NCBI GenBank assembly: GCA_963717505.1 | Contig: OY970342.1 | Coordinates: 3,040,001 to 3,104,000, forward strand | Reading direction: 5' to 3' | DNA from: Candidatus Eiseniibacteriota bacterium | GTDB lineage: Bacteria; Eisenbacteria; RBG-16-71-46 | DNA length: 64,000 nt | In this document: piece after piece, positions 8,914 to 18,995 of the stretch | Layout: each line of letters begins with the position of its first letter | Numbering within the stretch: the first letter of the stretch is position 1 | The notes under the pieces: model-generated | What the model was told of the DNA's origin: nothing | The model's input: only the letters and a program-made list of their open reading frames with translations | The model's database searches: none | Translations under genes and position numbers: made by a program

Positions 8914-10850
8914 AGCCGGGAGCCCCGGCGGCTCCGAACCGACCCGCGCGGATTTCGCCTCGCACTCTGGCCGCGACGCTGGCGGGCGTCGGGTCGCTGG
9001 CGGTGTATGCGGCGACCATGTCGCGCTCGGTCGGCTTCATCGATCGGGGCGAGCTGGCGGCGGTGGCGGCGACCCTCGGCATTGCGCACCCGACCGGCTA
9101 TCCGCTGCTGACGTTGCTCGGAAACGCCGCGGTCCGGTTCGCGCCGTCGAACCCGCTGATCGCGCTCAATGCACTGGCAGCACTCTGGGTCGCTGCCGGA
9201 GTGTCGATTCTGGTGCTGCTCTACGACGGCGTGCTGGCGCGCACCACCCAGCCGGGCGCACAGGGTGCGGGCCGGCGCGCAGCGTGCGCGGCACTGGCGG
9301 CACTCGTCACCGGATTCAGCGGAACCTGGTGGCAGCAGGCGAACGGGTTCGAGGCCTACGCCCTGCAAGCACTCCTGCTGCCGCTCGTCTGCTGGACGTT
9401 CCTGCGCTACATCGCGCTCGAGACCGGCAGCTCGCCGGTCCACGGGAACGGCCTCCGGGGCGCCGCCTTCGCGTTCACCCTCGGTCTGTCGATGAGCAAC
9501 CATCTGACGACCGTGGTGCTGGCGCCCGCGTTGCTCGCGGCATTCATCGCTCGCCGGGGACTGGGAATCGGGGCGTGGCGCTCTCTCGGAGCCCTGGTGC
9601 CGGTGGTCGCGCTCGGGCTCACGCCGTACCTCTATTTGCCGTTGCGGGTCGCGCAGGCGCCGCGTTTCAGCTGGGGCGACCCCGATACCGCGTGGCGATT
9701 CTGGACGCACGTCACCGGCCGGCAGTACCAAGTCTGGATGTTCTCCGATGCGGAGGCGGCCGGGCAGCAGATCGCATTCATCTTCGGCCGAATGCCCTGG
9801 GAATGGGTCGGTCTCGGCCTGGTGCTCGCGGCTCTGGGATGCGCCGCCTGGCGCCGTCATGGGGGATACCTGCTGGTCTTGGCCCTGGCGGGTGGGACCA
9901 GCGTCCTCTGGGCCTGCGCCTACGCGATCCGGGACATCGATCCCTACGTGATGCCCTGGACGATGGTGATCGGAATGCTGGCGGCATCGGGTCTGGCGGC
10001 GATCGCCGCGCGCGCGGGGACCCGCGCCGCCGTCGTCGTGGGCGGCTTCTGCGTCGCCCTGGCGCTCGGCGTCCACTGGCGAAGCTGCGACGAACGCGAT
10101 CACCACATGGTCGAAGACTATGCGCACAACCTGCTCTCCGAGCTTCCGGAGCATGCGGTGCTGGTCAGCGCCCAGTGGGATCACCTGGTGTCGGCGAGCT
10201 ATTACCTGCAGGAGATCGGCGGACTCAGGCGCGACGTGACGATCATCGATCCCGAGCTGATGCGCCGGTCGTGGTACGTGCGCGAGCTGGCGCGTCGGGA
10301 GTCGGCGCTGGTCGGTGGCTTCGCGTCCGAGGTCGAGCGCTTCGAGCGCGAAGTCGAGCCGTTCGAACGCGGGCGGCGGTTCGATCCGGCTCCCATTCAA
10401 TCGGCATACCTGGCGATGTTCGCGGGGCTCGAGCGCTCGGTGCGCGCATCGGGGCGCCGGCTGTACGCGACCTGGGAGGTGCGGCAACCGGTCTGGGAGG
10501 GGTTGGAGCGTGTTCCCATGGGGCTCTCGAGCGAGCTGGTCTCCGACACCGGCTACGTCGCGCTGCTACCGCCGCGCTATCGCTATCGCCCGTGGGATGG
10601 GCGGCGCGACCACTACGTGGCAACTCTGGCGCGGAACTATGCCGAAGCACTCGCCGAACGTGCGGACTACGAAGCACGCCACGGGCGCTTGCAGCAGGCG
10701 CGTGGCATGGCGGCACTCGGCGCCGACTTCGCGCCGCGGTTCACCCTGCGCGACGTGCCGCCGTTGCCGCTCGACGGCAGGAAGCTGGTGGCAGCGAGCC
10801 TCGAGCGGTTCCGCCAGCTGCGGCGGGCCGCCGGGGTGGGCGGGAGCTGA
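8910..10850 (+). CDS. DUF2723 / TMEM260-like GT-C membrane glycosyltransferase
   Basis: 'IDRGELAAVAATLGIAHPTGYPLLTLLG' matches the DxGEL...AHPxGYPL signature; multiple TMs; YLYLPLR. Confidence 0.8.
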   Translation: MKPGAPAAPNRPARISPRTLAATLAGVGSLAVYAATMSRSVGFIDRGELAAVAATLGIAHPTGYPLLTLLGNAAVRFAPSNPLIALNALAALWVAAGVSILVLLYDGVLARTTQPGAQGAGRRAACAALAALVTGFSGTWWQQANGFEAYALQALLLPLVCWTFLRYIALETGSSPVHGNGLRGAAFAFTLGLSMSNHLTTVVLAPALLAAFIARRGLGIGAWRSLGALVPVVALGLTPYLYLPLRVAQAPRFSWGDPDTAWRFWTHVTGRQYQVWMFSDAEAAGQQIAFIFGRMPWEWVGLGLVLAALGCAAWRRHGGYLLVLALAGGTSVLWACAYAIRDIDPYVMPWTMVIGMLAASGLAAIAARAGTRAAVVVGGFCVALALGVHWRSCDERDHHMVEDYAHNLLSELPEHAVLVSAQWDHLVSASYYLQEIGGLRRDVTIIDPELMRRSWYVRELARRESALVGGFASEVERFEREVEPFERGRRFDPAPIQSAYLAMFAGLERSVRASGRRLYATWEVRQPVWEGLERVPMGLSSELVSDTGYVALLPPRYRYRPWDGRRDHYVATLARNYAEALAERADYEARHGRLQQARGMAALGADFAPRFTLRDVPPLPLDGRKLVAASLERFRQLRRAAGVGGS

Positions 10851-10879
10851 GCCCCGCGGAAACCCGGTTATGGGTAGGT

Positions 10880-10909
10880 TTGACACGGTTTTCGGAACCG
10901 TGCTAGTTT
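10880..10909 (+). promoter_or_regulatory. sigma70 promoter of the rplM operon with an inverted repeat in its spacer
   Basis: TTGACA (10880-10885), 18 nt, TGc-TAGTTT; CACGGTT-N5-AACCGTG at 10884-10902. Confidence 0.65.
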
Positions 10910-11008
10910 CCAGCGTTTCTTGCGGATAGCGCCCGCCCGCGAACCCCGGAAGTGACCTTCTCGGGCCTCACCGTGGGCATTTGGCGTCGCTTTTCTCGGA
11001 GGAAGTGA

Positions 11009-11458
11009 ATGAAGACGTATTCGGCGCGTCCGGTCGACGTCCAGCGGCGCTGGGTCCTGGTCGACGCGGACGGTCGCACGCTCGGGCGATTGGCCACGGC
11101 GATCGCGACCATGCTCAAGGGTAAGCACAAGCCCATGTACACGCCCCACATCGATACCGGCGACCATGTGGTGGTAATCAACGCGGGCAAGGTGCGGCTG
11201 ACTGGAGCCAAGGTCGAGAAGAAGCAGTTCTTCCGCCACACGATGTACCCGGGCGGGGAGCGGTGGACGGCTCTCAAGGGGCTGCTCGAGCGGCATCCCG
11301 ACCAGGTGGTGACCCGCGCCGTGCGCGGAATGATCCCGCGCACCCGGTTGGGTCGCGCGATGATGAAGAAGCTCAAGGTGTACGCCGGAGCCGAGCACCC
11401 GCACGCGGCGCAGCAGCCGGTGGCGTGGCAGCCGGCCATCCGCGGAGGGAAGTCGTAA
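11009..11458 (+). CDS. rplM: 50S ribosomal protein L13
   Basis: MKTY...W.LVDA...LGRLA...GKHKPMYTPHIDTGD; GGAGG SD. Confidence 0.99.
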   Translation: MKTYSARPVDVQRRWVLVDADGRTLGRLATAIATMLKGKHKPMYTPHIDTGDHVVVINAGKVRLTGAKVEKKQFFRHTMYPGGERWTALKGLLERHPDQVVTRAVRGMIPRTRLGRAMMKKLKVYAGAEHPHAAQQPVAWQPAIRGGKS

Positions 11459-11856
11459 TGGCGGAGACCGTCACGAAAAAGCCGGCCACCGGACGGCGCA
11501 AGACCGCGGTGGCGCGGGTGCGTTTGATCGCGGGCTCGGGCCGGCACATGGTGAACAACCGCGTCCCGGTCGAGTATTTCAAGCGCGAGACGCTGGTGAC
11601 CGCGGCATTCCACGCACTGACCGTGGCCAACGCGGTGGGCAAGTTCGACGTCAGCGCGCGGGTTCACGGCGGCGGCCTCACCGGTCAGGCGGGGGCGCTG
11701 CGCATGGCGGTGGCCCGCGCCCTGGTCCGCGAGGACGAGTCGCTGCGTGGCGTGCTCGGGCGCGAAGGGATGTTGACCCGTGACGCTCGCATGAAGGAAC
11801 GCAAGAAGTACGGGCAGCCGGGGGCGCGCAAGCGCTTCCAGTTCAGCAAGCGCTGA
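11458..11856 (+). CDS. rpsI: 30S ribosomal protein S9
   Basis: [27 protein letters not shown]...QFSKR. Confidence 0.99.
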   Translation: MAETVTKKPATGRRKTAVARVRLIAGSGRHMVNNRVPVEYFKRETLVTAAFHALTVANAVGKFDVSARVHGGGLTGQAGALRMAVARALVREDESLRGVLGREGMLTRDARMKERKKYGQPGARKRFQFSKR

Positions 11857-11871
11857 GCGCCGTCGCTCAGC

Positions 11872-11977
11872 TCATTCCACCGCGCGTCGCGCGCGCCGGG
11901 GGTCCTGGGACGGTTGGTCCCGGGCAGAGCGTGGATTCGAATGCGCGACGCCGCGGAACGTCGAACCCCCATGGAGG
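11872..11977 (+). promoter_or_regulatory. rpsB 5' leader (probable S2 autoregulatory RNA)
   Basis: Outer stem CCGCGCGTCGCGC/GCGCGACGCCGCGG, inner CTGGGAC/GTCCCGG hairpin, and GGGGGT (11898-11903) complementary to AACCCCC (11964-11970), resembling known S2 leaders. Confidence 0.55.
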
Positions 11978-11981
11978 ATGC

Positions 11982-12743
<762 letters not shown>

Positions 12744-12767
12744 CGACTGTCCATGGGACCGAACCCC

Positions 12768-12802
12768 GACGCCCGCCCGCGCGTTCCCGCCGGGCGGGCG
12801 TT
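12768..12802 (+). other. Strong hairpin between rpsB and tsf
   Basis: GACGCCCGCCCG (12768-12779) pairs with CGGGCGGGCGTT (12791-12802). Confidence 0.6.
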
Positions 12803-12823
12803 GCAACGCACCAAGGAGCATCC

Positions 12824-13420
12824 ATGACGATCACCGCGGAACAGGTCCGCCAGCTGCGCGAGCAGACCGGGGCGGGCATGATGGAGTGCAAGAAGGCCCT
12901 GACCGAGACCGAGGGTGACTTCGAGAAGGCGGTCGACGTGCTGCGCAGGTCCGGCATTGCTCGCGCCGCGAAGCGCGGCGGACGCGAGGCCGCCGACGGC
13001 CTGGTCGAGTCGTACATTCACCCGGGCAACCGGGTGGGCGTGCTGATCGAGGTCAACTGCGAAACCGACTTCGTGGCGCGCACCGACGAGTTCCGGAACC
13101 TGGTGCGCAACGTGGCCATGCAGGTCGCGGCCGGTGGCGCCGACTTCCTTCGCCGCGAGGACGTGCCCGCCGAGCGCGTCGAGCGCGAGCGGGGGATCAT
13201 CGCCGCCCAGCTCGAAGCCCAAGGCAAGCCGGCCGCCGTGCTCGAGAAGATCATCGCCGGCAAGCTCGACAAGTTCTTCGCGGAGATCTGCCTGCTCGAG
13301 CAGCCGTTCATCCGCGACGACAAGATGACGGTCGGGGAGATGATCCACCAGGCCGCCGCGAAGACCGGCGAGAACATCGTCGTCCGGCGCTTCGCCCGCT
13401 ACGTCCTGGGCCAGGAGTAG
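12824..13420 (+). CDS. tsf: Elongation factor Ts (short, 198 aa form)
   Basis: [37 protein letters not shown]; AAGGAG SD. Confidence 0.98.
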   Translation: MTITAEQVRQLREQTGAGMMECKKALTETEGDFEKAVDVLRRSGIARAAKRGGREAADGLVESYIHPGNRVGVLIEVNCETDFVARTDEFRNLVRNVAMQVAAGGADFLRREDVPAERVERERGIIAAQLEAQGKPAAVLEKIIAGKLDKFFAEICLLEQPFIRDDKMTVGEMIHQAAAKTGENIVVRRFARYVLGQE

Positions 13421-13427
13421 CTCGGCG

Positions 13428-14150
13428 GTGGCCGCCCGTTACCAGCGCATTCTGCTCAAGCTGAGCGGCGAGCAGCTTGCGGGGGCCGCCGGGCACGGCA
13501 TCGACGAGGCGGTCATGGCCGCGCTCGCCGACGAGATCCGCGACGTGCAAGCACTCGGGGTCCAGATGGGCATCGTGTGCGGCGGCGGCAACATCTTCCG
13601 CGGACTGGCGGCGAGCACGCGCGGCATGGATCGGGTCGGCGCCGACTACATGGGCATGCTGGCGACCGTGATCAACGGTCTGGCCCTGCAACACTCCCTG
13701 GAGAAGCGCGGTCTGTACACGCGGGTCATGTCCGCGATCGAGATGGACCGCGTCTGCGAGCCCTACATCCGGCGGCGGGCGGTGCGGCATCTCGAAAAGG
13801 GGCGCATCGTGGTGCTGGCCGCCGGCACCGGGAATCCCTACTTCACCACCGACACCGCCGCGGCGCTGCGCGCGATCGAGATCGGCGCCGACGTCATCCT
13901 CAAGGCGACCAAGGTCGACGGCGTCTACAGCGGCGACCCGGTGCACGAGCCCAACGCCGAGTTCTTCCCTCGGATCACTTATCTCGATATCTTGAACCGA
14001 GGTCTCAAGGTGATGGATTCCACTGCGATCTCCCTGTGCATGGAGAACCGGCTGCCGATCGTCGTGTTCAACGCCGGCGTCCGAGGTAATCTCCTGAAGG
14101 TGGTTCAGGGGGAGGGCGTAGGAACTTTGGTTCACGGAGAACGGTCATGA
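13428..14150 (+). CDS. pyrH: Uridylate kinase
   Basis: [29 protein letters not shown]. Confidence 0.98.
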   Translation: MAARYQRILLKLSGEQLAGAAGHGIDEAVMAALADEIRDVQALGVQMGIVCGGGNIFRGLAASTRGMDRVGADYMGMLATVINGLALQHSLEKRGLYTRVMSAIEMDRVCEPYIRRRAVRHLEKGRIVVLAAGTGNPYFTTDTAAALRAIEIGADVILKATKVDGVYSGDPVHEPNAEFFPRITYLDILNRGLKVMDSTAISLCMENRLPIVVFNAGVRGNLLKVVQGEGVGTLVHGERS

Positions 14151-14704
14151 TCGATCCTCATGTCGCGCGTGCCGAGGAGCGGATGAAGAAGATCCTCGAG
14201 GCGACGCGCCGCGAATTTTCCGGCATCCGCTCGGGCAAGGCATCGCCGGCGTTGCTCGACTCGGTCCGCGTCGAAGCCTACGGCCAGCCGGTCCCGCTCA
14301 ATCAGGTCGGCAGCGTGAGCGCCCCGGAAGTGCGGCTGCTGGTCGTCCAGCCCTGGGACAAGAGCCTGATCAAGGCGATCACCAAGGCGATCCAGCAATC
14401 CGAGATGGGACTCAACCCGACCGACGACGGCTCGGTGGTGCGCGTGCCGCTGCCGTCGCTCACCGAAGAGCGCCGGAAGGAACTGGTCAAGCTGCTGTCG
14501 AAGCTCGCGGAGGACGGCCGGGTGCACATGCGCCAGGTGCGCCACGATCTCAACAAGGAGATCAAGGCCGAAGAACACGACAAGAAGTTGACCGAAGACG
14601 ACGCCAAGCGGTCGACTGCCGAAGTTCAGAAATTGACCGACCGTTACATCGCGCTGATCGACGAGCTGCTGAAGAAGAAGACCGTCGAAGTCATGGAGGT
14701 CTGA
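14147..14704 (+). CDS. frr: Ribosome recycling factor
   Basis: [29 protein letters not shown]. Confidence 0.98.
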   Translation: MIDPHVARAEERMKKILEATRREFSGIRSGKASPALLDSVRVEAYGQPVPLNQVGSVSAPEVRLLVVQPWDKSLIKAITKAIQQSEMGLNPTDDGSVVRVPLPSLTEERRKELVKLLSKLAEDGRVHMRQVRHDLNKEIKAEEHDKKLTEDDAKRSTAEVQKLTDRYIALIDELLKKKTVEVMEV

Positions 14705-14763
14705 ACTCCGCACCGGGCCCGGGGGTCGGCGACGGCCCTCGGAACACCGGCGCGGCGCGCACG

Positions 14764-15666
14764 ATGTCCTCCGTCCCCGGACCCTCGGCACCGCGACTGG
14801 AGGAGCACTCGGGGCCGGTGCGCCCGGGCGCTTCCGGATGGGCCTTCCGGCTCCGGGTGGCGAGCGGCATCCTGTTCGTTCCGCTCCTGGTCCTGCTCGC
14901 GCGGGTCGGCGGCCCGGCGTTCCTGCTGCTGGTCGCCCTCCAGGTGCTGCTCGGGCTGATCGAGTTCTTCCGCATGATGCGCTCGCGCGGTCTGACGCCC
15001 GAGCGCGAGCTGGGAATCACCGCCGGGCTCTTGTTGCTCGCCGCCGCCTACGCGCCCGATCGCCTGCCGCCCGACGTGGTCGCGACCGGCGCGCTGCTCG
15101 GGATCCTGATCGCCGGGCTCCTGCGACCGCGCGCGCGGGCCGCCGAGAGTCTCGCGGTCACCGCACTCGGCGTGCTCTACGTCGGCTGGCTGTCCGCGCA
15201 TCAGGTGCTGCTGCGCGAGCTGCCCTGGCGCGCGGGCACCGCCTACGCCGACGGCGGCGCCTACGTGCTGCTCGCGTTCTTCCTGCCCTGGAGCTGTGAC
15301 ACCACAGCCTACCTGGTTGGACGTCGTTTCGGCCGGATCCGTCCGTGGACCGCGATTTCGCCGCGCAAGAGCCTCGAGGGCGCGATCGCCGGATTCGTGG
15401 CTGCGGTGGCCGCGGCGTTCGTGGCGCGCGCGTGGTTCGCGCCGTTTCTGTCAGCGTTCGATTGCCTCGCGCTGGGCGTGATGGTGGGGGTGCTCGCTCA
15501 GGCCGGCGATCTGGTCGAGTCGTTGCTCAAGCGCGAGGCCCAGCACGGTGATTCCTCCGACCTGATCCCGGGCCACGGCGGCGTGCTCGATCGTTTCGAC
15601 TCGGTCCTGTTCTCCGCGCCGGTCGTCTACTACTACCTGCGTCTCGCGGTGTTCCATGCCCCCTGA
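14764..15666 (+). CDS. cdsA: Phosphatidate cytidylyltransferase
   Basis: ISPRKSLEG, GDLVESLLKR, IPGHGGVLDRFDS. Confidence 0.93.
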   Translation: MSSVPGPSAPRLEEHSGPVRPGASGWAFRLRVASGILFVPLLVLLARVGGPAFLLLVALQVLLGLIEFFRMMRSRGLTPERELGITAGLLLLAAAYAPDRLPPDVVATGALLGILIAGLLRPRARAAESLAVTALGVLYVGWLSAHQVLLRELPWRAGTAYADGGAYVLLAFFLPWSCDTTAYLVGRRFGRIRPWTAISPRKSLEGAIAGFVAAVAAAFVARAWFAPFLSAFDCLALGVMVGVLAQAGDLVESLLKREAQHGDSSDLIPGHGGVLDRFDSVLFSAPVVYYYLRLAVFHAP

Positions 15667-16834
15667 TCCCGGAGCCCGGAAACGCAGGACGGTGGTGGTG
15701 CTCGGGTCGACGGGCTCGATCGGGCGCCAGGCGCTCGAGGTGCTCGCCGAGGTCCCCGAACGTCTCGAACCGATCGGGCTCGCGGCCGGCTCCGACCTGG
15801 ACGGGCTGATCGCGCAGGCGCGCGCGTGCGCGCCGCGCTTCCTGGCGCTCGAGCACGCGGCCCGTCCCGGCGAAGCGCGCGCCGCACTCGCCGCGGCGGC
15901 ACCGAGCGCCGAGATTCGGGTCGGCCCCGGTTCGGCGGCGTGGCTCGCGGGTTCGTGCGGCGCTGCGATCGTGGTCAACGGCATCGTCGGCGCGGCCGGA
16001 CTCGAGGCCTCGCTCGCCGCCCTCGGTGCGGGTGCTCGCCTGGCGCTGGCCAATAAGGAAACCCTGGTCGTGGGTTCGGAGCTGGTGCGCTCCGCCCTCG
16101 CGCGCGGCGGCGAGCTGATCCCGGTCGACAGCGAGCACAGTGCCGCGTTCCAGTGCCTGGCCGGTCGTCCGCCGGCGGAGGTCCGCCGGCTGGTGATCAC
16201 CGCCTCGGGTGGCGCTCTGCGCGACCATCCGGACTGGACTCGCGCGACGCCGGCGGAAGTGCTCCGCCATCCGGTTTGGAGCATGGGACGGCGGATCACC
16301 GTCGACTCGGCTCTGCTGTTCAACAAGGGGCTCGAGCTGATCGAAGCCGAGGCGCTGTTCGCGCTCGGCTGGGACCGGATCGACGCCGTGCTGCACCCGC
16401 AGGCGGTGGTGCACGCGCTGGTCCTGTTCCACGACGGCAGCACGGTGGTGCAGGCCGCGCGTCCCGACATGCGCATTCCAATTCGACTGGCGCTGTCGTG
16501 GCCCGAGCGCTGGCCGGATTCCGGCGCGACGACCGGCGCGGTGGACCTGGATCGGCTCGAGTTTCGCCCGCTGCCGCCGGGGCGCTATCCGGCGTTCGAT
16601 CTTGCGGTCGCGGCCGGACGCGCCGGGGGCACCGCGCCGTGTGTGCTGAACGCCGCCGACGAAATCGCGGTCGAGGCGTTCCTGGACGGCGCGATCCCGC
16701 TCGGTCAGGTGCCCGAGATCGTGCGCCGGACCGTGGAACGCCACGCGGTCGAACCGGTCACCTCGCTCGAGCAGCTCCGGGCGGTGGATGCGGCGGCGCG
16801 CGTCGCGGCACGCGATCTCCTGGTGCGCGCGTGA
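15656..16834 (+). CDS. dxr: 1-deoxy-D-xylulose-5-phosphate reductoisomerase
   Basis: GSTGSIG, LANKE, PVDSEH, TASGG, HPVWSMG, NKGLELIEA. Confidence 0.97.
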   Translation: MPPDPGARKRRTVVVLGSTGSIGRQALEVLAEVPERLEPIGLAAGSDLDGLIAQARACAPRFLALEHAARPGEARAALAAAAPSAEIRVGPGSAAWLAGSCGAAIVVNGIVGAAGLEASLAALGAGARLALANKETLVVGSELVRSALARGGELIPVDSEHSAAFQCLAGRPPAEVRRLVITASGGALRDHPDWTRATPAEVLRHPVWSMGRRITVDSALLFNKGLELIEAEALFALGWDRIDAVLHPQAVVHALVLFHDGSTVVQAARPDMRIPIRLALSWPERWPDSGATTGAVDLDRLEFRPLPPGRYPAFDLAVAAGRAGGTAPCVLNAADEIAVEAFLDGAIPLGQVPEIVRRTVERHAVEPVTSLEQLRAVDAAARVAARDLLVRA

Positions 16835-17199
16835 TGCGTTCGGCGGCGGAGAAGATCGCGGACGGCACGCCCGCCGCCGAGAAGATCCGGGCCTGGCGCG
16901 AGGAAGGGCGGGCGGTCGCGATGGCCCGAGGGCGCTTCGACCTGATCGAAGCCGCGCACGTCCGATCCCTCGCGGCGGTCAAGCACGGCGCCGACCGGCT
17001 CGCGGTCGAGGTGATCGGCGACGGCGCGGCACCACCGCCGCTGCTCGGCGAGGCGGAGCGGGCGTTGCTGGTTGCGGCGTTGCGGGTCGTCGATCTGGTG
17101 ACGATCGTCACGTCGATCGACTCGGCCGCGGTCGACGTGGATCCGGAGACGACGGTTGCCTTGCGCCAGCGGGTTCGAGAACGACATGGCCGCGGGTGA
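16834..17199 (+). CDS. Degenerate RfaE2/HldC-like nucleotidyltransferase
   Basis: 'GRFDLIEAAHVRSL' aligns with GCFDLLHxGHVRYL; 'ERALLVAALRVVDLV'; only 121 aa. Confidence 0.6.
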   Translation: MRSAAEKIADGTPAAEKIRAWREEGRAVAMARGRFDLIEAAHVRSLAAVKHGADRLAVEVIGDGAAPPPLLGEAERALLVAALRVVDLVTIVTSIDSAAVDVDPETTVALRQRVRERHGRG

Positions 17200-18253
17200 T
17201 GCGCACGGGTCGGTGCGCCGCATCCTGGCGCTGCGCCCGCGCGCGCTGGGCGACGTGGTACTGACCACGCCGGCATTGCGATCCCTGGCGGCGGGCCATC
17301 CGGGCGCTCGGCTCGAAGTCGCGACCGAGGCGCGCTACGCGCCGTTGATCGCCGGGCTGCCGGCGGTTTCCGAGGTGTTGCCGGTCGAACGCAGTACGCG
17401 CGCGGCCGCCTCCCTGATCGCGGAGGTGCGCCGGCGTCGTTACGACATGGTGGTCGACTTCTTCGGGAATCCGCGAACCGCCCTGATGACTCGACTGAGC
17501 GGTGCGGTAGTACGCGCGGGTTACGATCTTCGCGGCCGGCAGGGTGCCTACACCAAGATCGTTCCGCGGGCATTACCTCCCAGAAGCGGCGAGCGCGAAT
17601 ACGCGGCCGACGTTCACCTGCGTCTGGCAGAAGCCGTGGGCGGACGGCCCGATGGCGATCCGCCGGCGGTCGCACTCCCGGAGTCGGCGCGGGCGGAGGG
17701 TGCGGCGTTGCTGGCGCGCGCCGGGGTCTCCGATCCGGCGGGCGCGGTGGGTCTGGTCGCCGGCGGCACCTGGGCGACCAAGACCCTGCCGTTGTCGCAC
17801 GTTTCGGTGATCGCCCAGCGGCTCGAGGCGGCCGGCTGGAGCGTCGTGCTCTTGAGCGGGCCGGGAGAGGAGCACGATGCGCGCACGTTGGCGCGTCTGA
17901 TCCCGGACCTGCGCGTGCTGCCGCCCTGCGACGTGCCGGCTCTGGCCGGGACCATCGCGCACCTGGCGGCGGTAGTCGGCACCGACAGCGGACCGCGGCA
18001 TCTTGCGGCGGCACTCGGCGTGGCGAGCTGGGCGTGGTTCGGCCCGACCCATCCCGATACCTGGTCGCCGCGCGGCGCGCGCCACGGCTACGCATGGACG
18101 GAACTGCCGTGCCGAGGCTGCGATCGCACCGCGTGTCCCCACTGGAGCTGCCTGCCGGGCTTCGATGCCGGTTCCCTGGCCGCTCAGGTTCTCGTTCATC
18201 TCCGACTCCATGTCCGCGACGCTGCCGCTCTCGGTACTGCTGCTCGCGCGTGA
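17186..18253 (+). CDS. GT9 ADP-heptose:LPS heptosyltransferase family
   Basis: ALGDVVLTTP, DSGPRHLAAALG, FGPT and a C-terminal Cys cluster. Confidence 0.9.
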   Translation: MAAGDAHGSVRRILALRPRALGDVVLTTPALRSLAAGHPGARLEVATEARYAPLIAGLPAVSEVLPVERSTRAAASLIAEVRRRRYDMVVDFFGNPRTALMTRLSGAVVRAGYDLRGRQGAYTKIVPRALPPRSGEREYAADVHLRLAEAVGGRPDGDPPAVALPESARAEGAALLARAGVSDPAGAVGLVAGGTWATKTLPLSHVSVIAQRLEAAGWSVVLLSGPGEEHDARTLARLIPDLRVLPPCDVPALAGTIAHLAAVVGTDSGPRHLAAALGVASWAWFGPTHPDTWSPRGARHGYAWTELPCRGCDRTACPHWSCLPGFDAGSLAAQVLVHLRLHVRDAAALGTAARA

Positions 18254-18995
18254 CGCGGCGGCGGATCTCGCCGCCCTGCTGCCCGCGCTGTCGTTCGCGC
18301 GCGAGGTGGTGGTGGTGGTCGACGCCGCGAGTCGCGACGATTCACGCGCGGTCGCCGAGCGTCTCGGGGCCCGCGTGTTTGAGCGGCGGCTCACCGGTTT
18401 CGGCGAGCAGCGCGCGTTCGCGCTCGCCCAATGTCGCGAGCCGTGGGTGCTGTGGCTGGACTCGGACGAGCGCCTGGCCGCGGGTGCCGAGTCGAGGATT
18501 GCGGCGGTGCTGCGGGCGCCGACCGACAACGGCTACCGCCTGCGGCGGCGCACCTGGTTTCTCGGCCGCCCGATCCGATATTGCGGCTGGCAAGGGGAGC
18601 GAGTCCTGCGCCTGTTCGCTCGCGAATCGGCGCAATTCGACGACGCGCCGGTTCACGAACAGGTGGTGGTGAGCGGAACCATCGGAACACTCGACGCCAC
18701 CCTCGAGCATCACAGCTATCGCGATTGGGAGGCGTGTCGCACCAAGCTGCTGCACTACGCGCGCGCGGGCGCCGAAGCAGCGCGACGAGAAGGGCGCCGC
18801 GCGACGCCGTGGGACGTGGTGATGCGGCCGCCGCTCCGCTTCCTGCGCATGTACCTGCTCCAGGGCGGATTCCTGGATGGCGGGCATGGCGCGGTGCTGT
18901 GCGCGCTGGCCGCCGCCCAGGTCTATCTCAAGTACGCGGAGCTGTGGGCGAACCCGGACGCGACCGCCGGCCGCCGGCCGCGCGGCGCGGCGTGA
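18210..18995 (+). CDS. GT2 glycosyltransferase (WaaE/KdtX-like)
   Basis: VVVD..SRD, WVLWLDSDE, VHE, GFLDG. Confidence 0.88.
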   Translation: MSATLPLSVLLLARDAAADLAALLPALSFAREVVVVVDAASRDDSRAVAERLGARVFERRLTGFGEQRAFALAQCREPWVLWLDSDERLAAGAESRIAAVLRAPTDNGYRLRRRTWFLGRPIRYCGWQGERVLRLFARESAQFDDAPVHEQVVVSGTIGTLDATLEHHSYRDWEACRTKLLHYARAGAEAARREGRRATPWDVVMRPPLRFLRMYLLQGGFLDGGHGAVLCALAAAQVYLKYAELWANPDATAGRRPRGAA

